A DNA stretch of 64,000 nt from Amoebophrya sp. A120. Lineage: Eukaryota; Protista; Dinoflagellata. The notes beneath the pieces were generated by a model. That model was not told where the DNA came from. It made no database searches and saw only the letters and a list, made by a program, of their open reading frames with translations. The position numbers and the translations under genes were made by a program. This document shows positions 1 through 12,500 of the stretch, in pieces; position 1 is the first letter of the stretch, and each line of letters opens with the position of its first letter. The stretch lies in NCBI GenBank assembly GCA_905178155.1, contig CAJINV010000006.1, forward strand, positions 1,365,876 through 1,429,875, read 5' to 3'.

Positions 1-3000
1 AGAACTCTACTGCAGGCGATGTTCAGAGCAGAGGAACCAACCAGGCCGCGACCATCCAGCCGGGGCGCTCCAACATTCTGCGGCACTTCTTCTCGGACGG
101 CAAAAGTAGTATTCCAAGCTCTGCTGGCGCGAAGACCACGTGGCAGGGGAAACTACTAACCAAAGCGGGTACAACTTCGACCACAAACATGAGTGGCGAT
201 AGTACAAGTCACTTCGCGTCCTCTCTGTTACGAGAACCAACCCGACCGTCTTCAATAAACTCTGGCCCAGGAGGGCAAATCCAATTCGTGAACAACGAGG
301 AATTTGTCCACCCCGGATCAATATCAAATGTAAAAGTGTCTGGGTCTGGAAGGATGCAAACTTGTGATGCTGTCTTTGGATTCTAAAGAAAAATGTATTG
401 CATGACCAGCAAGAGGAATCCAGTTTGTACTACGTGGGGAAGACATTTCTCATGCGCAACAGGCATCAGGAAGTCCTCTAAAAATCTGTGATGCTGGACC
501 ATGCATTACAGGCATCAGGGGTCATGCAAAATATGCATGACAAGCCTCTCACTCTTCCAGACCCAGACATTTTTGCACTCGATAATCAAGAGGCCAGAAG
601 GTCGAATTTCTCGAGCAGGAGCATATGAATTTTCCGGCGTATCAAATGTAAAAATGTCTGGATCTGGAAGGTTGGAACTTGTGATGCTAACTTTGGACTC
701 TAAAAAAATCTGTATTGCATGACCAGCAATAGGAGCCCAGTTTGTGCTACGCGGGGAGGCAATTTGTCATGCGGGATAGGCATCAGGAAGGCCTCTAAAA
801 ATATGTGATGCCAGATCATGCATTACAGACATCCTGAGTCATGTAGAATATGCATGACAAACCTGGCAACCTTCCAGACCCAGACATTTTTGCATTTGAT
901 ACGGCCCAACAAGAAATAACAAGACAAAACTTTCGCACCAGGCCCCCCACGACCACATACGGAGTAGTTCATCCGCCCACGAACAAGTCTATTATGCACC
1001 ACCGCTGCTCCCTCGCCGCCCTCGTGTACGGCCTGGGGCAGCAGATGCGGCAACAAAATTCCGGTCCCGGGGCCGGCACGGTGGTTGGCGTCGGCGACTA
1101 CTTGGCGCTAGATGCGGAGGAACGGCGGGGCATCTGGTTGCGGTCGCAGACCATGAGCGACGCGGAGCTATCAACTGCAAAAATGTCTGGGTCTGGAAGA
1201 TTCCTACATTTGTCATGCGTGTCTGACATGACTCAAGAAACTGTGATGCATGGACCCGAAGCGGTCCTCTTACCTGTCATGCAAAAACGCAGTTTGCCAT
1301 GCGGAACACGCAACAGATAGGAGCCCAAAAAATTTGTCATGCTCTGCTCCGTATTGCAGTGGAACCCTCATTGTTCACTTTTAGCATTACAAGTTTCCAG
1401 AGGACCCAGACATATTTGCAATGCATAGAAGCGGGCGCAGTACGAAAGTTACGGCGACGGCGGGTTAATCCAAAGGATTAAACCCTTGTTATCGAACCAA
1501 TTGTTAATTCTGTCTCTCCGCGCTCTGTGCCAGTTCCGGGTCCCGCTGTTCATCTCCAACATCGTGCTGGCGACGGTGGCGGGAATGCTGACCGGGATTT
1601 TCACGGGCGGGGGGGAGGAGCTGTTCTACACGCCCTGGCCAACGATGATGATTGGCCCGGTGCTACCCTGTGTAAAAACGTCCCCAACCCAGAGTTGTCA
1701 TGCAAATCTGCATGCTCAAAATGTTTGTCATGCGGAACCCCATGCGAAGCATTTTGTGGCTGTGTTTTGGAATTTGTAATGCGCCATTTTTTTAGCATGA
1801 TATACTAGATCTGTGATGCTGCTGAACTACCTCCAACAGCACTACACTGCCACTCCAAATTTGTCATGCAAAACAACCAAAACTCGTGGACTTCTCTAGC
1901 TGAATCCCCATCTTGACGTATGGGGTGGGGACGTTTTTTCATAGGATAGGTGCTGCTGTTTCAACTGTTAGTTTCCGCCGCCTCGCTGGAAGTCTTTTGC
2001 TACGAGAAAACGCCGGTCGCGCGGGAAATTCCGCAGATTTCAGCGTTAGCCTACGCGCTCGCCCGGATGGGGATCCCCTGTGTTCCGCTGCTGTGGAGCT
2101 ATATCCTGTGCAAAAACTATTGGGCCCACACGACTCCAGAGTTGTCATGCAGATTTGCAATTACAGGAAAACTTGCGAGCATGCGCTTCCCCATGAGAGG
2201 CATTTTTGTTTTTCAGCGTGTTTTGGCATTTGTCATTAAAGTTATGCTGATGTAAACAGCAGAAGAAGATATTAAAGATTGTGGCGCAGTTTTCCCTTTC
2301 CTTGAGCTAACCAGCACTACAATGCAGATGAGCGATGAAACTTGTCATGCGCGACTCCCAACTGGAGTTGGGGATTTGTGTTGCTGTTAATTTACCATCT
2401 TCACTCTGGGGTGCTGTGGGCCCCGTTTTTATTACACAGGATAAGCCACCCCTTCGCGTTTGCCTGCATGTATTGGGGCTTTGCGGTCTGTGACATCTTT
2501 GTCACGGACGCCATTCTTGTGTTTGCCGTCTTTTCGTACTACGTAACCGGCCTTGCCATGTGGATGACATTGTGCTTCGAAAACCACCAGATTGGGACCA
2601 TGATGGGCATTGTCTTCCCCGCGTTTTTGTCGGTCATGCTCGGCGGCACGGCCGGTTTACTCTACCCCGACATGACGCCCGCGTTACAAGCTGTCGCGTT
2701 CTTCGCCCCCTCCCGCTGGGCGACGATGAGTTGGATTATCGCAAGAAAAAACTGCTTCACTGTAAAGCTGTGATGCATAGAATGCAATACGGAAGTCTTT
2801 GTCTTGCTACACATACATGGCAACGGATTTTTAGGTTTGATGTTCCCTTAGGAGTCTCGCATGGCAAATTTTCTTTGTCATGTGGAGCAAACTTGTGATG
2901 CAAAAGTTGCAAAACCCTTCCAGTGAAACACTTTTTTCATACGATATGGATCGCCGCGAGTGTGAAGAATTTTCCGGCAAATTGGCAGCGGATTGCCCCC

Positions 3001-3851
3001 CTAACCGTCATATCAAACTGAAAAAAGCCCCCACGACCCCATACTCAAAAGACAACTTGTGTTGCTGGATTTGTGTACACAAATGAACTTTGTATTGCAG
3101 CGAGAGCTTTTCGGCGTATTGTAAACGCATTTGGGTACTACGCAGCCGGCTAGCAGCTGAGCATGAGAAAGAAGTCCGACATAGGCGAAAACGCATGACA
3201 GACTGGCTGTACAGTGCGCCACATGGGTGCCCTTTGCCTTGTGCGCAAGACAAAGCTGGTTTGTGGCCACAACTTAGCATCACAAATGTCCTTTTCGATA
3301 TGGGGAGGGGAGAGCTTTCCTCACAATACGTCATGCTGAAGGTTTATGGGTACGAGGAGGATTTTCAACACCGAACGCCCGAGGAAGTGTTTCACCGGAA
3401 CCTGTTGATTCAATTCTGCTATCGAATGCAAATATGACTGGGTCTCCTGGAAACTTGTGATGCAAGTCAGTGAACAATAAGTGCTCTGTAATGCGCCGCC
3501 ATGCATGACAAGTTTTTCCGTGCTTCTGTGCTGCGTATTTCGCATGAGAAACTTCTGCGCTTTTGCATGACAGGCAAGCGGGCCTCTTGGTGGCCATGCA
3601 ATACAGAGTGCAGAGTCATGCCAGACTAGCATGACAAATCTCGTCGGAACCTTCCAGGAGACCAAGACATGTTTGCAATCCATATCTGCCTCGGGACCGC
3701 GTGCCGAGTGTTCTGCTACTTGTGTCTACTGATGTTGAAGAACCAGGTAAACACGTTGCAGTGCTTGAAAATGGGCTGGAAATACGCAAAGCATTTGTTG
3801 ATCAGCGGCCACGTGCAAGCGGCCCGGCGGGCTAGCACGCCATCGATTTGA
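1..3851 (+). CDS. ABCG/ABC-2-type transporter, C-terminal part with membrane domain (5' end probably outside window), 8 introner introns
   Basis: Removing 8 elements plus one DR each gives an open frame of 473 codons from 189 to TGA 3851. Motifs QLLILSLRAL, EKTPVARE..SALAYALAR, six hydrophobic segments, PSRWA and RVFCYLCL resemble an ABCG TMD. Confidence 0.8.
322..584. mobile_element. Introner family F1 (TIR TATCAAATGCAAAAATGTCTGGGTCTGGAAG)
   Basis: TIR; DR ATCAA/ATCAA; removal restores frame. Confidence 0.9.
640..901. mobile_element. Introner F1
   Basis: TIR; DR CGGCG/CGGCC; frame restored. Confidence 0.9.
1169..1427. mobile_element. Introner F1
   Basis: TIR; DR GGAGC/GAAGC; frame restored. 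Confidence 0.88.
1664..1948. mobile_element. Introner family F3 (TIR TATCCTGTGTAAAAACGTCCCCA)
   Basis: TIR; DR GGTGC/GGTGC; frame restored. Confidence 0.9.
2102..2443. mobile_element. Introner F3-like
   Basis: TIR; DR AGCTA/AGCCA; frame restored. Confidence 0.85.
2737..2946. mobile_element. Introner family F4 (TIR TATCGCAAGAAAAAACTGYTTCACTG)
   Basis: TIR; DR TGGAT/TGGAT; frame restored. Confidence 0.9.
3011..3328. mobile_element. Introner family F5 (TIR with CCCCATAT/ACTCRAAA)
   Basis: TIR; DR CGTCA/CGTCA; frame restored. Confidence 0.88.
3420..3684. mobile_element. Introner F1
   Basis: TIR; DR TCTGC/TCTGC; frame restored. Confidence 0.9.
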
Positions 3852-5780
3852 GGTCATGTTGTTGAGAAGTAGAACATGATCGAAAGTGTAAGATGAATTG
3901 GCATATCGTAGTTGTCAAGAAGTACTTACTTGTTCGACTCTGTAGTCTATCGAAAATGAATCGTAGTTTTATTTTTCCATTTTTCCACTGTTTTAGGTGA
4001 TGTAATTGTAGTCCAACCAGTTTCCAAATCTGCGATTATACTGCGATGATCTCTTCATGATCTTCTCATTCCCATTTTCGTACTTCTTGGATCAAATCAA
4101 GCTTATTTCTAGAGTCGTAAAAATCGCACGTTTATTTGCGCATTGATTTTTGTTTTTGAAGCATCATCAAAGAACCTCCAGAAGATTGTGGAAGAAGTAC
4201 AAGAGAAGCAACTGAAAAACACTCTGTCTCTTGAAACAGTACATTAGTTTATTTGCAGCCGGTGCCGGCTGCACAAAGTCAAAGAGGAGACTTTCTTGTC
4301 CTCAATAAAGTTGTCACAACTACATCGAAGGCATGTAGCATGCAGTTGTCGACTGCAAAAATGCTCTTGAAGCTGCAAAGCTTTTCAAATTCAAACGGCG
4401 AGTTGGATCAATCAAGCGATGGCACATGTTACTTGAAATTCCTTTCCTTCCCAAAAGCTGTCTACACGCGCCGAGAGACGTTGACAAACAATGCTTCTTC
4501 AAAAAAGTGCCACGGTACTAGTTTTCTATGCGAATCGAATGCGATTGGGACGATGGTGGTGTGGGTGTCACTGTCATGTAAGGAGGTAGAGAACCTTTTC
4601 TAATAGGCAAAACTTTCCGGCGGTAGCGGTTGTACTCGAAGAATTCGTTGCGGTTGTAATTGTAAAGTAGTACTATCAATAATTGAACAATTACGCGACC
4701 ACTTTTTTCCACCGGCGTGTAGTAAATATGATTTACAAAAGCAGGCGTCTTCAATTTGTTTCACCAGAGCGACAAAAGCAAAACTTCGTGAATAGACAAT
4801 AAATGCTACAACGAAGAACAAATGGTTAACTCTAAAGAGAACGACGCTAAAATTAATTCAAATCAAATTCAAACCAATTTCAAATCTGCAAAGTTTTGTT
4901 GTTTTAGTGGCTTGAGGGATAATAAGAGGGTAATAAAAATCGAACTCTCGGCTGTCGCAAATCGGCCATCGAGAGAGTGAAAAAAAGCGCTGCATCAGAA
5001 AGAGTGTCTCCTCGTCTCGCAAAATTGCAAAGCGCAACTCGATTCGGTATTATTCGGGCGAGTCGTCGCGCGCAGTCATCAAGGCCCAGTGCGCGCCAAA
5101 CTAACACGTTCGCGACTCTCTGCGGAGGCGTGTTCTGTAGAAATTGGGTAGGCGTTCTCGCGTCTGCCCGACTTCTGGCAATAATTTTTGCCGTGTAAAA
5201 CTAAAAGTCAATGCGAAAATCCCGCTAAGCGGGCGCCAGACTCTACTAAGAGCCTGGCGCCCCTTTCTCGGGAAACAAAGATTGTGGCTGATGGTCTCTG
5301 CAAACGTTGCTGACAAAGAAAATGGCTTTCGAACACGCCCAAGTCGCCTGTCGCTCGGGCTGTCGGCTTTGCAGGAAAACAGTCTGTCACGCGCGGCCAT
5401 TGTTGGCGCGGTAGCTATAGCTCTTCTCGCGAAGCCGACATCACCGAGCCACCTCTTCATCAAGAGCGACCACCATGTGTGTCCGCGCTTCTCCCGAAAG
5501 TGCGCCGCGGATGAGAAAACGGGTGGGGTCGCCCGATGGGGCGCCCCTAGCTCGTAGCGCGCAGGTTCTGGCCCAACAAATGCCCCCTCAGTGTTGAGCG
5601 TGAAACTTTTGCACATCAAAGAAAGTCCGTGTCCCGATAGATGCGCCTCCTAATGCTTTTTGTTGTTCAATGATGATAAGTCGACTCCGCACCTCCAAAT
5701 CGATGTAGGATTGGTGCCGTTTTGTATCGCTCGCACTGAATGCTAGTAATGGAATTTTTTGATTTTTGCGATGCCGGTCA

Positions 5781-6128
5781 TCATGTTCTGTTGCATGACC
5801 GTGGTCGTGCGTAGCTTCGCATGACAAACGAAAATACGAATACTATCGCAGAAGTAGCAAGGTTTTTTTTTTGTGAAGGGGCACAAGAAATCAAAAAGTA
5901 AAGTCGATGGCATTGGCGGTCGTCGATGGCATTGGCGGTCGTGTCCTTCGCAGCCTCGGTGCACAGGGTCAGGTCGTGCTCGAAGGTGCAGCTCGGGTCC
6001 AAACACGCCCCGAAATCACGCTTCTTGAAACAGATCGGCTTCGGGCGCGGCGCGCCGTACTTGCCATAGCCCTTTCCACCACCCTTCATGTCTTCGAAGT
6101 AGTTGTAACGGGCCGGGTAGTGCGACAT
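5781..6128 (-). CDS. Small CCCH zinc-finger protein inside the retroelement
   Basis: CFKKRDFGACLDPSCTFEH = C-x8-C-x4-C-x3-H, preceded by KGGGKGYGK. Confidence 0.5.
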   Translation of the reverse strand: MSHYPARYNYFEDMKGGGKGYGKYGAPRPKPICFKKRDFGACLDPSCTFEHDLTLCTEAAKDTTANAIDDRQCHRLYFLISCAPSQKKNLATSAIVFVFSFVMRSYARPRSCNRT

Positions 6129-7227
6129 CCTTGTTTTTCGCAAAAATAGGTCTTCGCGATCTGGGTCAGGTTAGCGATCTGGTTCTGTCGTTGTTCTGCT
6201 AGTATTCTGCTGCACTTCAACAATTATTCAATTCGGTTTATTGTTCACGTCGTCTCCTTCATCGTCGCTGCAGGATCAACTTCTTTATTATCTGTTACTG
6301 GATTTCGGAATGAGGATGATCAAAAACACTTTGTTACTGTTGGCAGGAACACAGGACTACTCTTCACGTTTTACCGTTGTATGTAGTGAGGTCACCGAAC
6401 GGCTCTAACCAGGGAGTTTTTTTGACAGCTACCCTGAAAAACGACCGGCAGTTTTCAAGCGGCCGGAAGCGTTTTTTGACAAAAAATATTTTCAATTATC
6501 AAGCGGCTTTGGCTGTGTCGGCACCGAATCGCCAGCGGATTCTATCGATCGCCGCTGGGTAAAACGACGCAGGGGAGCCGGCAAAAGGGGCGCCCTTCTG
6601 AGGCGCCCACCGCCTTAGTTTCTGGCGGTTTGGGGCGCCCAAAAAGGGGCGCGCAAAAAACGCGCCCAAGATCAGAACAGCGAAACAGCACGGCACGGCG
6701 GCGATTTCGGAGCATTTTGGGCGGCCGCGAAAGCGGCCGCCCTTTCGGCGGTTTTAGAGCCTGGGAAGCTTTGCAAAAAGCGCCGGCGTGAAAAATAAAA
6801 ACGCGAAAAATAAAAAGTGCGCCAGATGCACAAAGCCAATCCGCATGCTATGGACCCGGTTTTTCTTCGCTTTTTGGGCGCCCCCCGTGGCACCCGGATC
6901 GGCCCCATAGCATCGGGGCTGGCTTTCGGAAAGGAATTTTGGAAATGTGCCAAAATTTGCGACGTTCCCCAAGTGGCCGCCATACCGTGCGGCATAACGT
7001 TACTCACGGCGGTATGGCGAGCCCATAAAAAGCAAAGCCGCGGCCAAGGCTATGGTCGGCAAAAAAACGCCCACGACCTCACTACCCCCGCCCCGGCGGC
7101 TATATTTGGTACTATTTTTATCTTCCGGTCGGGAAACGTCACAGCTCTTCACACGTATTACTCGTACTATTAATTCCGACTTACTACTGGCTTCGTGTCG
7201 TGCTACAACTTCAAAACTCACTACTGC

Positions 7228-9140
7228 TCAAAGAGAGTGCTTCACTCGCATGCTGTGTCGAGCCTCCTTGACAGCACTACTCTTGTACGAAATCGACTGC
7301 AAAACTTCAGCGACTCGATCCATCTGCTCCGCTGGATTGATGACGTCGGGACTGGAAATGCTATCGATCGCTCTGCATAAGTGTCCGATAGCTATTCCCT
7401 TCATCTGTTTTCGAGTCAGGAACGACGTTCCTTCCATCAGAAGTTCTGGCCGCATAGGTCGCGCTTCAGATACTAGTACTCCGCTCCTAAACGTCAAAAC
7501 AAGACCACAATAAGTGATGCTCTTTGTCGATGGAAATTCAAACTCTTGCTCACACCCCGGCACGTCAAAGGCCAGGAGTTTTTTGATGATAGTCGGGAAC
7601 CGGATGTCAACTACTAGTCCCACGTCATCGACGAATCGCACCCGGATGAAGTGTCTGCGACGTTCTTCCTTTTCTTGGTCGGTCAACGTTTCAAACAAGC
7701 GCCGCTCTTGTTCGTAAGCCACCATATTTGCTAAAGGTGGCGCTTCCGGTGTGCCCATGGGGATTCCTCGTTTTTGTAGGTATGCCCCAAGCGGCGACGT
7801 AGCCAGCATGTTCTCGATGTTGAGCAGAATCATGTCCACCAGTCCAATTTGATGCATTTGCGTCCTCTTTCGGTAGCGTTTTTGGTCAAAAAACCGTATT
7901 TCTTCTTTGTTCTCTTTCTCGTGATTACTTTCCGCGGTAAACGTCGGGGCTGGTGGTACAACGCCACCGCCACAGAGCCTTCGTCTTTTAACTTCTGCGC
8001 ATTCCGCTCGAGGATTTTTACTGTTTCTGACTGGTCTACTTCCCCATAGAAATTCTTTATGTCCGAAGACAAAACTGCTTTGCTGTTCTCGTCGGTCAGG
8101 CCCTTCGTGTGGATTTCTTCCACGATGTCACTAGCGTCGTTGTAGATGAGGTCCGAGTAGAGATGTTTGTTGACAACGTTCAACGCCTTCGCCACTCGTC
8201 TCAGCTCCGGCCGGTAAACATGTTTATGATACCCCGACAATGGCCTAATTTTGAAGTTCGCAATTGTTCGGTCCTTTTGCTTCCATGCTTTCTGTTTGAT
8301 CATTAATCTGCAGCGAGGAAACTGGTGCTTTGTTCTCTTCGTGTATCGGAAAAAACCCGTCTTCTTGCCGTGCTCCTTGATGCAATCATGCCCCTTCAGA
8401 GGCTGGAAGGCATCAGAATTCATGTGCTCCTTGATTCTTTCCCCATAAGCATGAGGGCAGATCAAGGCCAAATCTGCTTCGTCCGGCTTGTCAATTTCGG
8501 TACAAACTACTTCTGCATATGGCCGCAAACTTGTTCTCACTTCATCCAACTGCTGCTGCTCCTCTTTTTCTCGGATGGCCGGCACTGCTCTGCTTGCTAT
8601 TGTTGTAAAAATGTCTCCCAGTTTTTCTGCGCCAATCGGTCCCACTTTCTTCACTAAGTCCTTCACATTCTTCTGCCTGTCCACTGTAGTGTTTGGCGTT
8701 ATTCGGTTCTTGATGTTCACTACTGGTCGCTGAAGTCTGGCTAATGTGCGGCTTACCGTGGTGAAAAGATGTCCCTCTACTAGGTCCTCCGGCCCCAGGC
8801 CTGTTGTGAGGCTCTTGCAGTTGCACAGGAATTTGCTTCGGTCATCAAACTTGCGCACATTCTCCAACACGTCAAGGAGTCGCCTCCCCGCGTACTTTCG
8901 AACTTCTAGCAAGACTCTGCACTTGTTCTCATCCGCAATTTGTTTGACTGCTACTCGTAGCGCGGTTTTTTCTTCTTCCAGGAGCGACCCGCGCGGGATG
9001 TTCAGCTTAGCCCGGATGGGCTTCTTCTTCTTCTTTTGCTCCGCTTCTGTTTCTCCCCGCCTACTGGTCTTGTCTGCTGCTGTTTTGCGCACGTCTTCCG
9101 CTACTGCGACGGCGCTGCCTATTCCTAATTTCTTCCACAT
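7228..9140 (-). CDS. Penelope-like reverse transcriptase split across two frames near 7860-7980
   Basis: CxC..GH N-terminal motif, IRPL, motif A SSDIKNFY, motif B QKRGIPMGTPEAPPLAN, motif C RFVDD, PLE-type thumb (HLCRAIDSIS...LQSISY); no GIY-YIG domain. Confidence 0.8.
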
Positions 9141-9587
9141 CTTCTTCCATTTTTCAAATTTTTCAAAACTGCACAAAAGTGAATAGACAATAAATGCTAC
9201 AACGAAGAACAAATGGCCAATATTGACTATAGAACCATACATCATAATTTCTTGATTGCAAGGTATCAGTTGAGAACAGCAAACTAAAGTAAGGAAAAAT
9301 AGAGACCAATTTATAATTACTAGTCCGATCTCACGACGAGTTGTATATGTGAAAACAAAAACTATGCCTACGTGCGTGTTTTTGACTATAGAATAGAACC
9401 GACATCACTGAGTAAGATGAGTAAATTTGGCTTTCTACTACTTCGCGCATTCGAAATTCTTTGATGGTAGTCTAGCCAGTTTTTTTTATACTCAAACACA
9501 AATAAGATCTATTTCAATACGAAAAAGAACGAAATCTCTAAGCAGGAGCTTGAGCTTTGCCTCTCTAAACCGAAAATAAAACTCAAG

Positions 9588-12500
9588 ATGGTATACGAAA
9601 ATTTTAACGCTCCGCCTAAGCAGATGCACCCCACTCCTGTGCATCCCGGATCACCGGCGCAGCCCCAGCAGCCACTTTTTCATCCGGGCTATGGAAATCA
9701 TGTTGGGCCCTACGGGCCGCCGCCACCGCAACAGCACTACCCAGGGGCAGTTGCGCAACAGCGCCCAGCGTATCAACCGCAGCCGCCGCACCATCCCGTC
9801 GGGACAAACACGCAGTATGCAGGCCGGAGCATGATGGATATCAGTTTTCAACAGCAGTATTTTGGGCATCAACCTTCTGTAGTAGTTCACTCCGGTTACG
9901 GTCCCATAAAAAGCAACTATTCGTCAACATCGCTGCAACACCCAGTTGGAACCAACACGCAACCTCCGGGTCAGAGTATGATGGTCCCTGCCCCGGGAGG
10001 TGGTGCAGTACCAGTAGGAGTGCCTGCGCCACCACAGCCTGGAATATATCAACATCATGGCGGGTACTTCTTTCAACATCATCACAGTCTTGCCTGGCAA
10101 CATTCATCAGAAGTCCCACAAAATTATTGCCCAGGCGGGCCGACGACCCCGACGTCAACGTCGCAACCAGGAACGATACCGATTCAGGAAACGATACTGA
10201 CCCCACGAGGTGCACAAACAACATCAGGGGGACAAAAATCTACTGCACAACAAGGGGGCACAGGAACTACAGGAGCTACAGTCGGTGTCGGTCCACCAAC
10301 AGTGCCTAGTAGAAGTGCTGGTGAAGGCGCAGCAGCAGGACCAGCAGCACCCCCTCCGTCAAGTTCTTCGGCCAACAACCCCTTCGCGTTACCAAGCCGG
10401 TTCCCGCTGGTGCCACCGCCGGGTGAACTTGTAGATCAGGCAACAACTTCCAAGAAGAAACATGCTGCGAAGAGCAAGATCACCACTCCTGGACATGATC
10501 AACTATCGGGCAGTGGTAGGCGTAAGAGTACAAAAAAGGGTGGCGAGGACTCAACCTGTCAGACCCGGATTCGAACCTCCTCGACCTCCTCATCCGATTC
10601 TAGTAGCTCCTCATCAAGTTCCTCTTCCTCATCTTCCAGCTCTTCCAGCTCTTCATCGTCCAAGCAGAAAAAAACGGAAGATGTTGTTCCGGAAGCTGCC
10701 GTTCAGCGGTCTAATTTTCCGTCTCTCGCAGCAGCGAACCCGTTTTTAACGACTGATCCTGATCAAGAAGAGGAGAAGGAGCAGAGTGCCGAGAAGGACG
10801 CCGAAGGAATGAACGAGGAAAAGATCATCGACGCGCGTTCCTCGTCCACGTCAGCGGCCTCGGCTTCAGGAGCAGACGATGATACGACCAGTAAGAATTA
10901 TTGCAGAAGTGTGGGCAGCACGAAGTCGAAGAGTGCAGGAGCTCCTGGTGCTGGTGCAGAAATAACGAATCAAGAATCCGGTAATTTTTACCAGAAATTT
11001 TCTCTCACGACGACGTTAATGCCAACAAATGTTGACGAAGGTGGTGTTCTGCAAATGCCATTGCCAGCTTTGAATCTTATCCCGCCGGAGCAGGGACACC
11101 AGCCGCAGGCACAGCAGACACAACAACAGCCCGCATTTAGTTTACAACCTCCGTTAATACCGGGGGGAAAGGGGAGTTTCGGGTTTCATTTTTACCAGCA
11201 ACAGCAGAAACGGCTACAAGAGCAGCAGAACTCCAACAAGAATTTTCCGCTGCCCCAGCCGCCCGTCATAATTGGTCCACCACAGGAGACACACAATGCT
11301 CATCACTCTGCCACGATGCAGCAGCACAATATGCAGCAGCACGCCTTCTACTGGCCAGCAGCAGCACCATTCGTGGCCGCGGTGAGTCGCGGGGGCACGC
11401 ATCGCTGGAAGCAACAAACCGGGACGACGCATCGGGTGTTTGCTGATACGTCTGCGTTTGCGAAAGTAACACCGTATCAGCCCAGCATCCAGCACAATTT
11501 GCCCGCTGTGACGTTTGAGGACCTGCAAAATAATGAAGCTGCACAACCCAGTAATATCGCAAGAAAAAACTGTTTCACTGTGAACTTGTGATGCAGAAAC
11601 TGGAACACAGAACTCTCTGTCTTGCTACACCTGCAAGGCATTGGATTTTCAAGCGTGTTTTCCCTTGGGAAGCGCGCATGACAAATTTTCAGTGTCATGT
11701 GTAAGCAAACTTGTGATGCAGATCCTGCAAAGTCATCACAGTGAAGCAGTTTTTTCGTGGGATAAATAAAGTCGAACGCGTTCCGCGTCAGAGGGTTGAA
11801 CTCGTGCCACGAAGTGAAGTATCCTGTGCAAAAGTATCGTACTCGTATTGCAATCATGCATTACAAATTTTTTTCTCAAGGTAAAACAGCATTACAAATT
11901 TTATTTCTCATGCTGAGGGAATTTGTCATGCATTTATACGAATACGATACAATACTTTTGCAGTTCATATGAAGTTGTGGTCAACAACAACCCCAATCCA
12001 CCAATCCAACCACCGCCCATGCTAGCTTGTCCGGGCGCCGTCATTCAGCCACCTCCATTTGTCGCAATATCACGAAATAATGCGCTACCTGATCCGTTAC
12101 TCCAACCACCGGGTCTAAATAAGATGAATTCTGTGTCGACATTTTTGAAAAAGAATAAAAAAAAAAAGCTTGCGCTTGATGGAACTCACGTAGGTGCACA
12201 CGTCGTTTTTGTGTCGTCGGAAGACGATCAGCAGGAACAGAATCCAACTTTGATGCATCCGAGTACCGCTTCAACAACAAATCCCTCAACCGCTACTTCG
12301 TCCAACAAGCGAAAGCGGTGGGGGGAGATGAAAGTCGTGGACATTCTTTCGGACAACGACGGCCAGGATGAAGCAGACCGACGTCCTGGTCATGGTGAAG
12401 ATGCTGACCACCTATTACAAAAAGATCTCGCTCCTGCTGCATCAACTGCTGTAGCTACTAGTACCAAGAACGGCGGCTCCACCTCATCGCACCAAGCGTC

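Larger units (their letters stand above)
4788..9216 (-). mobile_element. Penelope-like retroelement (no endonuclease seen) bounded by 38-bp direct repeats
   Basis: Identical GTGAATAGACAATAAATGCTACAACGAAGAACAAATGG at 4788-4825 and 9179-9216 enclose a minus-strand RT. Confidence 0.7.

Noticed and set aside
322-1427. Recurring GTCTGGGTCTGGAAG repeats as a CRISPR array
   Set aside because: They are inverted pairs at element ends with irregular spacing inside eukaryotic genes; no cas genes are present.
1695-1710. TTGTCATGCAAAT resembles the metazoan Sox-Oct composite site
   Set aside because: The match arises from the introner internal motif, and nothing supports POU/Sox regulation in this context.
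7228-9245. RT as retron, group II intron, DGR or telomerase
   Set aside because: GxPMG..AP.LAN, RFVDD and the thumb pattern fit Penelope-like RTs; I see no msr/msd, VR/TR pair or TERT T-motif.
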